64,000 bases of DNA from Malacoraja senta (lineage: Eukaryota). The notes under the pieces are model-generated. The model was not told the origin of the DNA. It made no database searches and saw only the letters and a list, made by a program, of their open reading frames with translations. Below, piece by piece: positions 49,908 to 62,001 of this stretch. Made by a program: the position numbers and the translations under genes. How positions within the stretch are numbered: position 1 is the first letter of the stretch; each line of letters starts with the position of its first letter. Location of the stretch: the NCBI GenBank assembly GCA_038087875.1, contig CM075993.1, positions 4,838,001 to 4,902,000 on the forward strand, given 5' to 3'.

Positions 49908-50820
49908 TTAAAAGGGCGAACGTGCAAACTCCACGTAAAAATGCCCGTGGGTCAGTGGCACTGTGAGGTAGTGGCTGGACTCGCTTGCCACAGTATCAAA
50001 TAAATTGGCAATGAATATCGAACCGTTTGGATTTCTGCTCCTTTTTGAGCTGTGCCAAGATTTGACACTAAAATCTAACAATAATAATTTGTGTTTTTGC
50101 TCCTCATCCTCCGTGTTCACATTCCACTGATACTAACTGCCCAGTACCCTCCTTGACTACCCATGGTCATAGTCATACAGCATGGAAACAGGCCCTTCGG
50201 CCCAACTTGTCCATGCTAACCAAGATGCGTAATCTAAACTAGTCCCACGTTGGGACCATATCCCTCTTAAACTTTCCTATCCATGTTCATGTCTAAATGT
50301 TTTTTAAATGTTGTTATTGTACCAGCCTCAGTTACCTTCTCTGGCAGCTCATTCCATATACCCACCACCCTCTGAGTGGAAAAAGCTGCCACTTTGGTTC
50401 CTATTAAATCTTTCCCTTCTCGCCTTAAACCGAGGTCCCCAGGTTTTTGATTCTCCTTCTCCGGGTAAACGACTCTGTGCATTCACCCTTGACAGCGCTG
50501 ACACAAGGAACTGCAGATGCTGGACTCCAGAGCAAAACACAAATTGCTGGAGTAATTCAATGGGTCAGGTCGGGACTCTTCTTCCGAGCTCCTTCAACAG
50601 TCTGAGCCTGCCATTAGAGATCGTCTTGAAAGCTTTGGATAAGGTCCCAACCCGAAGCACACTCACCTGTGTGTCTGCAGGTTTCCAGTTTTACGTGGCT
50701 ATTTTATGCTTCCCTTTCAAACAATGGTAGATTTTACGTGTAGGAAGGAACTGCAGATGCTGGTTTAAACCGACGATAGACACAAAATGATGGAGTAACT
50801 CAGCGGGACAGGCAGCATCT

Positions 50821-51304
50821 CTGGGATGTCAGGACTGTCTTATGAAGAAAGACTGGATAGACTTGGTTTATACTCTCTAGAATTTAGGAGATTGAGAGGG
50901 GATCTTATAGAAACTTACAAAATTCTTAAGGGGTTGGACAGGCTAGATGCAGGAAGATTGCTCCCGATGTTGGGGAAGTCCAGGACAAGGGGTCACAGCT
51001 TAAGGATAAGGGGGAAATCCTTTAAAACCGAGATGAGAAGAACTATTTTCACACAGAGAGTGGTGAATCTCTGGAACTCTCTGCCACAGAGGGTAGTCGA
51101 GGCCAGTTCATTGGTTATATTTAAGAGGGAGCTAGATGTGGCCCTTGTGGCTAAAGGGATCAGAGGGTATGGAGAGAAGGCAGGTACGGGATACTGAGTT
51201 GGATGATCAGCCATGATCATATTGAATGGCGGTGCAGGCTCGAAGGGCCGAATGGCCTACTCCTGTACCTAATTTCTATGTTTCTATGTTTCTATGTTTC
51301 TATG
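50821..51304 (+). mobile_element. CR1 3' fragment inserted in a Penelope-like repeat
   Basis: ORF 50826..51197; (TTTCTATG)3 tail. Confidence 0.92.
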
Positions 51305-51399
51305 AATGGGTGACGTTTCGGGTCGAGACTCTTCTAAATTGTGCTTCGCCCCATGAATGTGCTGTGTCTTCCATGAGTTTTTCAAATCATTTTTTATAA

Positions 51400-52015
51400 A
51401 GTTTAGAGATACAGCGCGGAAACAGGCCCTTCGACCTACCGAGTCTGCACCGACCCGCGATCTCCGCACACTAAAAGCCCTGTCCCACTATACGAGTTCA
51501 TTCAAGAGTTCTCCCTGAGTTTGCCCTGATTCGAACTCGGAGATTTACGGTAATGGCCACTCGTCGGTACTCGGGGCTCTCGTGGACATTTTTCAACATG
51601 TTGAAAAATCTTCACGAGTCTTCCTGAGCTTACCTGCCATTAGCAAGTCTTCCCGAGTACCTGCCGTTAGCGTTACAAGTCGCTAGGAGACGTCCCCGAG
51701 CTCCGACGTACCCGCTACGTTCATTCTACGTGCTTACCACGAGTTTGATTTATTTATTTTTACTCGGGAGAGCACTTGAATGAACTCGTACAGTGGAACA
51801 GGGCCATAACACTATCCTACACACACTAGGGATAATATACATTTATACCAAGCCAATCAACCTACAAACCTGTACGACTTTGGAGTGTGGGAGGAAACCG
51901 TGAAAACCCACGCAGGTCACGGGGAGAACGTACAAACTCCGTACAGACAGCACCCGTAGACAATATCGAACCCGGGTCTCTGGGGCTGTAAGGCAGCAAC
52001 TCTACCGTTGCGCCC
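51400..52015 (-). mobile_element. V-SINE interrupted by a MITE
   Basis: SINE halves flank 51475-51806. Confidence 0.8.
51475..51806. mobile_element. PIF/Harbinger-type MITE
   Basis: AAGCCCTGTCCCACTATACGAGTTCATTCAAG / CTTGAATGAACTCGTACAGTGGAACAGGGCCA; TAA TSD. Confidence 0.82.
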
Positions 52016-52562
52016 TTTTAGGGCGGCATGGTGGTGCGGTGGTAGACTTCTAATAGTTTTCTTTAAAGTTAAAACGTGTGACTAGGGTTCCATCAGTGTT
52101 CAGAATCCCACCATGAAATTCTAGACTGTTTTCACCATCTTTGGTTCACACAGAGGTGCCGAAATAGTTAATTGGCATCTTGAAATATTTCACATAACAT
52201 AATGTCTGGCACCAAATCAACATTAGTTATTCAGCGATATCTCTCAATGAAGAAATATATTATTCTTTCTGGGTGCTAAAATAGAAGCAGATTGGAGAAC
52301 TTTTGGTAAATACTTTTCTTCACTCTTTTTAATTATTAACCTCTTTAACAAAGTGAAGGTTTGAAATTATTAACTCGTCATTCCTTTACCAATAATGTGG
52401 GCCTCGTTGTTATGGAGATTTGTGGTTGCTAAGGCAACTATTTTCTGCGGCTCCATTAGAGGGCCAAGGGCATCTTTGTCCTCGGTGGGATTCATTGCCA
52501 CGGACAGTTGTGCAGGTCAATTCAATGGGCAATTTTAAGATTTACAGATTCTTGATTAGTAA

Positions 52563-52692
52563 TAGCCCTGTCCCATGGTACGAGTTCATTCCAAGAGCTC
52601 TCCCGAGTTTGCCCTGATTCGAACTCGGAGATTTACAGTAATGGCCACTCGTCGGTACTCGGGGCTCTCGTGGACATTTTTCAACACGTTGA
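52563..52692. mobile_element. Half copy of the same Harbinger-type MITE
   Basis: matches 51475-51604; ends at the central palindrome. Confidence 0.75.
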
Positions 52693-52930
52693 TAGACCCA
52701 AAAAGCTGGAGTAACTCAGCGGGACAGGCGGCATCTCTGGAGAGAAGGAATGGGTGACGTTTCGGGTCGAGACGGAAGAAGAATCTCGACCCGAAACGTC
52801 ACCCATTCCTTCTCTCCAGAGATGCTGCCTGTCCCGCTGAGAGTTACTTCAGCATTTTGTGTCTATCTTCGGTTTAAACCAGCATCTGCAGTTCCTTCCT
52901 GCACATTAAAAAGGACTCCTTGTTTTTCAG

Positions 52931-53010
52931 AGCAAGTTTATCAACAGAATATCGACCAACTAGACACGATTAGACAAGAATGGGAACAAGAACACATCAT
53001 AACTTGTGAG
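52931..53010 (+). CDS. PSTPIP1: PSTPIP1 exon 9 (QVYQQNIDQLDTIRQEWEQEHIITCE)
   Basis: acceptor tttttcag, donor GTACAT; EWEQEH motif. Confidence 0.95.
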
Positions 53011-54114
53011 GTACATCAACAGTTGTTGAAATATGTATTCGTTCTGGGCTATTGAATGGGATATGTCCTTGTTTATGGGAATGCAACGTATCTTTCGTTA
53101 AGGGGCACACTAATAGTCTCCCTAAGATATCCCCATTACCTTGTACAACTGACTTTTAATAATTATGAACCTAGTTATTAAATGCTGGAAGGTTATTCAA
53201 CAATTCTTTAGTTATAGTTTACAATATTATTGTCAAGCCAATGATTCTTGTCATGGATGCATAGTTCACCCCCAGTCTCTGGCTTATGTTCAGAAAAGTT
53301 CTTCTTTTCGTGTCCATCTTGTTACAAATGTTGCCCTCGCTGTCATCGTCTGTCCTGAAAAGGACGCGAGCTTCAGGCAACAATCAGTGGAAGCCATCAC
53401 CTGTCACAGTAGAGATGATGGTGGTAGCAGAATTAGCTCGGGATACTTCCAGTTTCCAGCCCCGCGACGTGGACGCTTCTGCTGTGGGGCCTTGTTGAGG
53501 AATGAGAACCATGATAAGTCCTTCCTTAATTCTGTGTTGGTGGTGATTGCAACGTGGCATAGTCAAGGAACAATGGGTGGAATTTGAAACCTCATGTTTC
53601 AATGAACTTGCACATGCAGGCTTGAGGAAGAACGTTTTTTAATATTTCACCGTTGGTTGGTTTCTGAAGAGAAAGTTAACCATTAATGAAATAAATCATG
53701 GTCTTTAGATCAACGACACAACTGAATTCATTCCATTCCACTTGAACCAATGTCAGCAAATAAATACAAGGTTCAGAGGAAATGTTAGCCTAGAAATACT
53801 GACAGAATTGTTAGCATTGGTAAACTTAATAATGAACCCATTCATTCTCTACAGAGATGCTACCTGTCCCGCTGAGTTACTGCAGTACAGGGGTGGGGAA
53901 CTTGCATCCTTAAGGCCACATTCTAGGCCATTAAGTGCGGCCTTTTGAATGAATCCAAATTTTGTAGAACAAATCCTTTTATTTTTATTAATATGATTTT
54001 GTTCGTCTTTTATTATTTTAATTTTAATCTTAAAATGAACGTATTTAAAATACCCAAGTGTAAAAGAAGATTCAACGAAACAATCCTCCCCGACTGACGG
54101 CCACAATTAAAACA

Positions 54115-54390
54115 TTGGCTTATACTCGCTAGAATTTAGGAGATTGAGAGGGGATCTTATAGAAACGTACAAAATTCTTATGGGGTTGGACAGGCTAGAT
54201 GCAGGAAGATTGTTCCCGATGTTGGGGAAGTCCAGGACAAGGGGTCACAGCTTAAGGATAAGGGGGATAAGGGAGAAGGCAGGTACGGGATACTGAGTTG
54301 GATGATCAGCCATGATCATATTGAATGGCGGTGCAGGCTCGAAGGGCCGAATGGCCTACTCCTGCACCTATTTTCTATGTATCTATGTAT
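54115..54390 (+). mobile_element. CR1 3' fragment with internal deletion
   Basis: matches ~9518-9668 joined to ~9828-9945. Confidence 0.85.
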
Positions 54391-54502
54391 GTAAGTCATG
54401 AGGGCTATTTTAACAAAATAATGTGCATTTTGAAGTGTATATAATTGAAGTTTCTTGGATGTGACCTTATTAGATTACAGCTAACTTGATGCGGCATTCC
54501 AA

Positions 54503-55624
54503 CATAGAAACATAGAAACATAGAAACATAGAAAATAGGTGCAGGAGTAGGCCATTCGGCCCTTCGAGCCTGCACCGCCATTCAATATGATCATGGCTGA
54601 TCATCCAACTCAGTATCCCGTACCTGCCTTCTCTCCATACCCTCTGATCCCTTTAGCCACAAGGGCCACATCTAACTCCCTCTTAAATATAGCCAATGAA
54701 CTGGCCTCGACTACCCTCTGTGGCAGAGAGTTCCAGAGATTCACCACTCTCTGTGTGAAAAAAGTTCTTCTCATCTCGGTTTTAAAGGATTTCCCCCTTA
54801 TCCTTAAGCTGTGACCCCTTGTCCTGGACTTCCCCAACATCGGGAGCAATCTTCCTGCATCTAGCCTGTCCAACCCCTTAAGAATTTTGTAAGTTTCTAT
54901 AAGATCCCCTATCAATCTCCTAAATTCTAGAGAGTATAAACCAAGTCTATCCAGTCTTTCTTCATAAGACAGTCCTGACATCCCAGGAATCAGTCTGGTG
55001 AACCTTCTCTGCACTCCCTCTATGGCAATAATGTCCTTCCTCAGATTTGGAGACCAAAACTGTACGCAATACTCCAGGTGTGGTCTCACCAAGACCCTGT
55101 ACAACTGCAGTAGAACCTCCCTGCTCCTATACTCAAATCCTTTTGCTATGAAAGCTAACATACCATTCGCTTTCTTCACTGCCTGCTGCACCTGCATGCC
55201 TACTTTCAATGACTGGTGTACCATGACACCCAGGTCTCGCTGCATCTCCCCTTTTCCTAGTCGGCCACCATTTAGATAATAGTCTGCTTTCCTGTTTTTG
55301 CCACCAAAATGGATAACCTCACATTTATCCACATTATACTGCATCTGCCAAACATTTGCCCACTCACCCAGCCTATCCAAGTCACCTTGCAGTCTCCTAG
55401 CATCCTCCTCACAGCTAACACTGCCCCCCAGCTTAGTGTCATCCGCAAACTTGGAGATGTTGCCTTCAATTCCCTCATCCAGATCATTAATATATATTGT
55501 AAATAGCTGGGGTCCCAGCACTGAGCCTTGCGGTACCCCACTAGTCACTGCCTGCCATTGTGAAAAGGACCCGTTTACTCCTACTCTTTGCTTCCTGTTT
55601 GCCAGCCAGTTCTCTATCCACATC
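54503..55624 (-). mobile_element. CR1 LINE, 5'-truncated, open RT frame
   Basis: ORF 54610..55623 (GVPQGSVLGP, FADD); (CATAGAAA)n tail. Confidence 0.95.
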
Positions 55625-56283
55625 TATACTGATGTGGATAGAGAACCTTTCATGTTGCAACCAACATGAAAATGTTCCCCACCCCTGCTCCAGCATTTTG
55701 TGTCTATCTTGAACATAATAATGAGTTGTGCAAAATACAAAGTGCTGGAGGAACTCAGCGGGTCTGACAGCATCCGTGGAGGGAATGGAGAGACAACGTT
55801 TTGATTGTTAACGTTATGAACGGTATCTCCATTTTACTCCGAAGAAAGGTCCCGACCTGAAACGTTGTTGTAAAAAATAACATTGATCAAGGAAATGCTC
55901 CATAGTTGGCTGTGGGCCAGAGGTAAACAGACAATGAGACTCACACAGACGACAGTGAAACCAGCGCAATGGCTAGGGTGGGCGAGCTAACTGCCAACTA
56001 TGGCCCGTTTCCTTCATCATTGTTACATTTTTGCATATCTTTCATTTATTTGTTCTCCATCTCCCCATATCGGCGTCTATATCTCTCGTTACCCTTTCCC
56101 CTGACTCTCAGTCTGAAGAAGGGTCTCGACCCGAAACGTCACCTATTCCTTTTCTCCGGAGATGCTGCCTCACCCGCCGAGTTACCCCGGCTTTTTGTGT
56201 CTGTCGTTAGTGTAAACCGTCTTTAGCAGTTCCTTCCGACACAACGAATTCCCAGCGGTGTTTTTGTTTTGTTTTGACTGCAG

Positions 56284-56382
56284 GCCTTTCACCAGCAGGA
56301 GTGTGACCGGATCAATAACCTGAGGAACTCGTTGTGGGTTCATTGCAACCAACTCTCAATGCAGTGTGTGAAGGATGATGAG
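56284..56382 (+). CDS. PSTPIP1: PSTPIP1 exon 10 ([33 protein letters not shown])
   Basis: acceptor gactgcag, donor GTACAG; conserved [16 protein letters not shown]. Confidence 0.96.
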
Positions 56383-57120
56383 GTACAGCACTTGATGAGA
56401 TGTGCGGGGCTATTTATTTTCACTGGAATGGTGGGTGCCTCGAACACGCTGGCAGGGGTGGTGGTGGTGGAGGCAGATACGAGTGTGGCTGTAATGGCAA
56501 ATTTCCGACTTTTCCACTTGCCATTACTACACAGGTATAGTAGAAGTGATCTTACGCGGACCTAATAGAACACATCTTCCTGTCGTTATTTCCAGTTTAG
56601 ATGCTTGTTTATTGAAGTAGCTGTACAAACAAAGAGATGAACGTACCAGGTTTTCCTTACTCTGCATGCAAGTTGTAGCTGGCTGCTCTGTCCCTGAACT
56701 GGATGCTCCCCTCCCTGTGCCTGCCACATCCTGTCCCCTATGCCCTTATATATACACCATCCAGTGCATCTAATGACCGCCCACTAGTGTCCAAAATAAT
56801 ACTGCAAGACATATCTAGACAAAATAATATGATATGCCAACAGTAGCTAGCCTAAACATAAATGGCTCCTACAGTGGCATTGAAGAGACTTATGGATAGG
56901 CACATGGATATGGAGGGATATGGATTATGTGCAGGCAGATAAAGGTTAGTCTTGGCATGATGTTCGGTAGGACATTGTGGGCTCAAGGGCCCGTTCCTGA
57001 GCTGTACTGTTCTATGTTCTAACTGAACTTTGTTCAGTGGAAGATCAGCGTAAGCAAAGCAAGTCATAAAAAGAGAGACTTGCATTTATTTAGTGCCTCC
57101 ATCATCCTTAAAGCATTTTA

Positions 57121-57538
57121 ACTGGAGGGTGTGAGCTATAGGGAGAAGTTAAGTAGACTGGGTCTTATAGAAGTATACAAAATCATGAGAGGAATAGATC
57201 GGGTAGATGCACAGAGTCTTTTACCCAGAGTAGGGGAATTGAGAACCAGAGGACATAGGTTCAAGGTGAAGGGGAAAAGATTTAATAGGAATCCGAGGGG
57301 TAACTTTTTCACACAGAGGGTGGTGGGTGTATGGAACAAACTGCCAGAGGAGGTAGTTGAGGCTGGGACTATCCCATTGTTTAAGAAACAGTTAGACAGG
57401 TACATGGATAGGACAGGTTTGGAGGGATATGGACCAAGCGCAGGCAAGTGGGACTAGGGTAGCTGGGACATTGTTGGCTGGTGTGGGCGAGTTGGGCCGA
57501 AGGGCCTGCTTCCACACTGTATCACTCTATGACTCTAT
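57121..57538 (+). mobile_element. CR1 3' fragment (third subfamily; tail shared with the V-SINE)
   Basis: ORF 57131..57457; tail GGGCCGAAGGGCCTG..CTGTATCACTCTATGACTCT. Confidence 0.88.
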
Positions 57539-57560
57539 AACAAAGACATTTTAAAAGTGA

Positions 57561-58180
57561 TTTGAGTATAGGAGCAGGGAGGTTCTACTACAGTTGTACA
57601 GGGTCTTGGTGAGACCACACCTGGAGTATTGCTACAGTTTGGGTCTCCTAATCTGAGGAAAGACATTCTTGCCATAGAGGGAGTACAGAGAAGGTTCACC
57701 AGACTGATTCCTGGGATGTCAGGACTTTCATATGAGGAAAGACTGGATAGACTCGGCTTGTACTCGCTGGAATTTAGAAGATTGAGGGGGGATCTTATAG
57801 AAACTTACACAATTCTTAAGGGGTTGGACAGGCTAGATGCAGGAAGATTGTTCCCGATGTTGGGGAAGTCCAGAACAAGGGGTCACAGTTTAAGGATAAA
57901 GGGGAAATCTTTTAGGACCGAGATGAGAAAAACATTTTTTACACAGAGAGTGGTGAATCTCTGGAATTCTCTGCCACAGAATGTAGTTGAGGCCAGTTCA
58001 TTGGCTATATTTAAGAAGGAGTTAGATGTGGCCCTTGTGGCTAAAGGGATCAGGGGGTATGGAGAGAAGGCAGGTACAGGATACTGAGTTGGATGATCAG
58101 CCATGATCATATTGAATGGTGGTGCAGGCTCGAAGGGCCAAATGGCCTACTCCTGCACCTATTTTCTATGTTTCTATGTT
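57561..58180 (+). mobile_element. CR1 3' fragment
   Basis: ORF 57629..58087. Confidence 0.93.
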
Positions 58181-58253
58181 TGAGTTCTAATTGGATTGCA
58201 CTCTTGGTTGAATTAAGTCACCTCTCATTCATTGCTTGAATGAAGATACTGCA

Positions 58254-58538
58254 AGGAAACAGGCCCTTCGGCCCACAGAGTCCACACTGTCCTTTGATCA
58301 CCTGTGCACACTAGTCCCATATTACAGGTATCCCATTTTCTCATCCACCCCCTACACACCAGTGGAAATTTACAAAGGGCTCGTTGACCTACAGACTCGC
58401 ACATCTTTGAGATGTGGGAGGAAACCCACGCGGTCACGGGGAGAACGTGCGAACCCCACACAGACAGCACCCAAGGTCAGGATTGAACCTGGGTCTCCGG
58501 CACTGTGAGGGGGCAGGTCTACCACCTGTACCTCGGTG
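58254..58538 (-). mobile_element. tRNA-derived V-SINE, decayed
   Basis: similar to other HE1-like copies. Confidence 0.7.
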
Positions 58539-58791
58539 GCGGACCCCCACATGTTGCCCAATACAAGCAGCTGCCTTTCATTGATGCAGGCTATGGTCCC
58601 TGATCAGTGAGATTGAACGGTGAGTGACTGCAAAAATTAATGTTCTAGTTTGATGAGAAATGGGTTCCCGCGCTAGTCGGTGATCTGAAGAGCCAGTCTG
58701 TATCTCTTAATGCAATCTGGATTGCTTGGACATTGTCTTGTGAATGTGAGTGTTGAGGTTGGTGTTGATGAAATCCCTCGTGTCTCCACAG

Positions 58792-58888
58792 CTGTATGAG
58801 GAGACGAGGAAGGTTTTGGAGATGTGCGACATCGATGCAGATATAGATTGCTTCATTCAGAAGAAGATGACTGGGCTGACTCCTCCTG
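58792..58888 (+). CDS. PSTPIP1: PSTPIP1 exon 11 (LYEETRKVLEMCDIDADIDCFIQKKMTGLTPP)
   Basis: acceptor ctccacag, donor GTAAGA. Confidence 0.95.
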
Positions 58889-59131
58889 GTAAGACACTGC
58901 TGCGATGCCCTCACTCCATGCCAAGGACTCATGCGTTACAACAATCGATCTCCAGGAATAAGTGCCAGTGAATTGATGCATGGGGATTGAGATCCAGATG
59001 AGGATTTATTAACCTCTTCAGTTTTCTTTCCTTCTCTGGTCTCCTGGAGATGCTAGCAATTCCTGGAGTGTCAGCTATTGAGGAAATGTTGACCTACAAC
59101 ATTTTGGGTTGGGAGCTGATTCATAGGACGT

Positions 59132-59739
59132 TGTTCTACTGCAGTTGTACAGGGTCTTGGTGAGACCACACCTGGAGTATTGCGTACAGTTTTGGTCTCC
59201 AAATCTGAGGAAGGACATTATAGCCATAGAGGGAGTGCAGAGAAGGTTCACCAGACTGATTCCTGGGATGTCAGGACTTTCATATGAAGAAAGACTGGAT
59301 AGACTTGGCTTATACTCGCTAGAATTTAGGAGATTGAGAGGGGATCTTATAGAAACGTACAAAATTCTTATGGGGTTGGACAGGCTAGATGCAGGAAGAT
59401 TGTTCCCGATGTTGGGGAAGTCCAGGACAAGGGGTCACAGCTTAAGGATAAGGGGGAAATCCTTTAGGACCGAGATGAGGAAAAACGTTTTCACACAGAG
59501 AGTGGTGAATCTCTGGAACTCTCTGCCACAGAGGGTAGTTGAGGCCAGTTCATTGGCTATATTTAAGAGGGAGTTAGATGTGGCCCTTGTGGCTAAGGGG
59601 ATCAGGAGGTATGGAGGGAAGGCAGGTACGGGATACTGAGTTGGATGATCAGCCATGATCATATTGAATGGCGGTGCAGGCTCGAAGGGCTGAATGGCCT
59701 ACTCCTGCACCTATTTTCTATGTATCTATGTATCTATGT
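59132..59739 (+). mobile_element. CR1 3' fragment
   Basis: ORF 59145..59639. Confidence 0.93.
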
Positions 59740-60302
59740 TAGTGCTGACAAAAGCAGTATTTGTAGCATGCCCTAGAGGATGTAGATGTCACCATCTTGA
59801 ACCTCTGAAGTTCTATTGGTGAAGGCGCTCCATTAGTGATGTTGGGCAGAGATTGAGGATTCAGACTCGGTGATGGAAGACAAAGTACTTCCAAGTTTGG
59901 GATGAAGAAAGAATGCAAGTGCTGGAGTAACTCTGCAGGTCAGGCAGCATCCCTGGCTGGAGAACATGGATAGGTGACATCATTCCTCAGTCTGAAGTAG
60001 GATCCCGACCCGAAAAGTTCTCCAGAGATGCTGCTTGACCCACTGAGTTACTCCAGCACTTTGCCTCCTTTTGCATAGAACTGCGTCTTCAGTTTCATTG
60101 TTTCAACGTGCACCATCAAGAATCGGTCTGGATCGGACATCATTGGGTTATAATGTGTGTCCTATGTGAAACTGTGCAAATTGTGTTTGATTGATCTAAA
60201 ACTCCATGTTGTGCATCACATGTTAAGGGATTAAGAGATGGCTTTACCCAATTTACATTTCCCACTGAGTGTCAGTCAATTTGTTCTCTCTTCCCTTCTC
60301 AG

Positions 60303-60393
60303 CTCCCATTGAGTATGAGAACTACTACCACAAACTATCTGCTGGGGAAAATCGCACCTTGAGTTCTTCCAAGAATGGTGGGATGATGAAAAG
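60303..60393 (+). CDS. PSTPIP1: PSTPIP1 exon 12 (PIEYENYYHKLSAGENRTLSSSKNGGMMK)
   Basis: acceptor cccttctcag, donor GTAACG; P.Y.NYY...GM.KR pattern. Confidence 0.92.
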
Positions 60394-62001
60394 GTAACGA
60401 CTACAAATCTGTTTTTTTTTATTTTCTCCGTCCCCCGGTGAGATTTGGCTCTTTACATCACAACATATTATATGTAAGAAACAGGCCCTCCAGCCCAACG
60501 TGTCTATGCTGCCTGTCTCTACTAATCCCACATGCCTGCATATTGTGAGGCATGATTGCGCTAACTGTTTCTTAAACATTGGGATAGTCCCTGCCTCAAC
60601 TACCTCCTCTGGCAGCTCGTTCCAGACACCCACCACCCTTTGTGTGAAAAAGTTACCCCTCAGATTCATATTAAATCTTTTCCCCTTCACCTTAAACCCA
60701 TGTCCTCTGGTCCTCGATTCACCTACTCTGGGCAAGAGATTCTGTGCATCTACCCGATCTAATGCTCTCATAGGATATTAAAACAGGATGTGTTATGCAT
60801 TAATGTGTTGCTATTACTTGATGTATTTGGGCAGCAACTGTGTTGTCATTAACCTGTTTCAATATTTTGTGTTTCAGATACTGTCCTAACTTTTTGCATT
60901 TACCCTACAGGTATAGAAATACAATAACCTTTGCTGACGCATTTATGTCCACTGAGCAGAACCGTGCTCAGTTTGCACAGATTATACCTCTCAACCACAG
61001 GCGCTCCTGCACTTACCAGCAACTAACACCCCTGCTTTGCACTGACTTATTGATTAACACTTAAATACTAAGTTCATAGCAAGAGGATTTGAGTATAGGA
61101 GCAAGGAGGTCCGACTGCAGTTGTACAGGGCGCTGGTGAGACCGGACTTGGGGTATTGTGTGCAGTTTTGGTCTCCTAATTTGAGGAAGGACATTCTTGC
61201 TATTGAGGGAGTGCAGCGTAGGTTCACCAGGTTAGTTCCCAGGATGGCGGGACTGACATAATAGTGTGGTTTTGCAGGTTAATTGGCCTCTATAAAATAC
61301 CCTTAGCGTGTAGGGACTGGATGCGAAGTGTGATGGTCAGCATGGGCCAAGAATAAGGGGTAGGCTATTTGGGACTGAGATGAGGAAAAAGATTTTCATG
61401 CAGAGAGTTGTGAATCTGTGGAATTCTCTGCCACAGAAGACAGTGGAGGCCAATTCACTGGATGTATTCAAGAGAGATGTATTCCCCTCAGCTTCTCATT
61501 ATCTGCCCAGCAACCACCTTAAAACTCCTCATTGCTCCTCCTGCTAAGGGAGCTGGGACCTAGCATTTCACCCAGTTTGCTCTCTCATAACAGTGAACAT
61601 CTCACTTAAGCCTCTCCACAGCCTCTGCTGTTTCACAGTGAACAAGCACAGTCAAGTCTGCAGAAGGGTCTCGACCCGAAACGTTGCCTATTTCCTTTGC
61701 TCCATAGATGCTGCACCCGCTGAGTTTCTCTGGCATTTTTGTCTACTTTCGATTTTCCAGCATCTGCAGTTCCTTCTTAAACAGTCAAGCCTGTCATTTC
61801 TGGTCACCAAAAATTCTCCATTTATAGGCAACACCTTTCGTGAATCTTCTCAGCACCTTCCCTAGTGGTATATATGTCTGTAATACTGGAATCAGAACTG
61901 TGCTCAGACTAACTAATACTTTGTACAGTTTTAGCAAGGTTTCCCTTCTCTGACGTTTGATCCTTAGAACAATCAAGGCTAATGTTGTCTTTATCCACTG
62001 A

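Larger units (their letters stand above)
53888..55687. mobile_element. hAT (Charlie-like) non-autonomous element containing two CR1 insertions
   Basis: TIR CAGGGGTGGGGAAC / GTTCCCCACCCCTG; degenerate 8-bp TSD CTGCAGTA / CTCCAGCA. Confidence 0.8.
921..60393 (+). other. PSTPIP1: PSTPIP1 gene span, coding exons 1-12 (3' exons incl. SH3 domain not found in window)
   Basis: 12 GT-AG exons (33,101,75,35,107,63,99,46,80,99,97,91 nt) join in one open frame: [66 protein letters not shown]...[25 protein letters not shown]...GGMMKR; matches recalled human PSTPIP1 F-BAR region better than PSTPIP2. Confidence 0.93.

Noticed and set aside
53165..53602. Unique-looking segment with ORFs on both strands
   Set aside because: No recognisable motif or splice context; cannot be supported as coding
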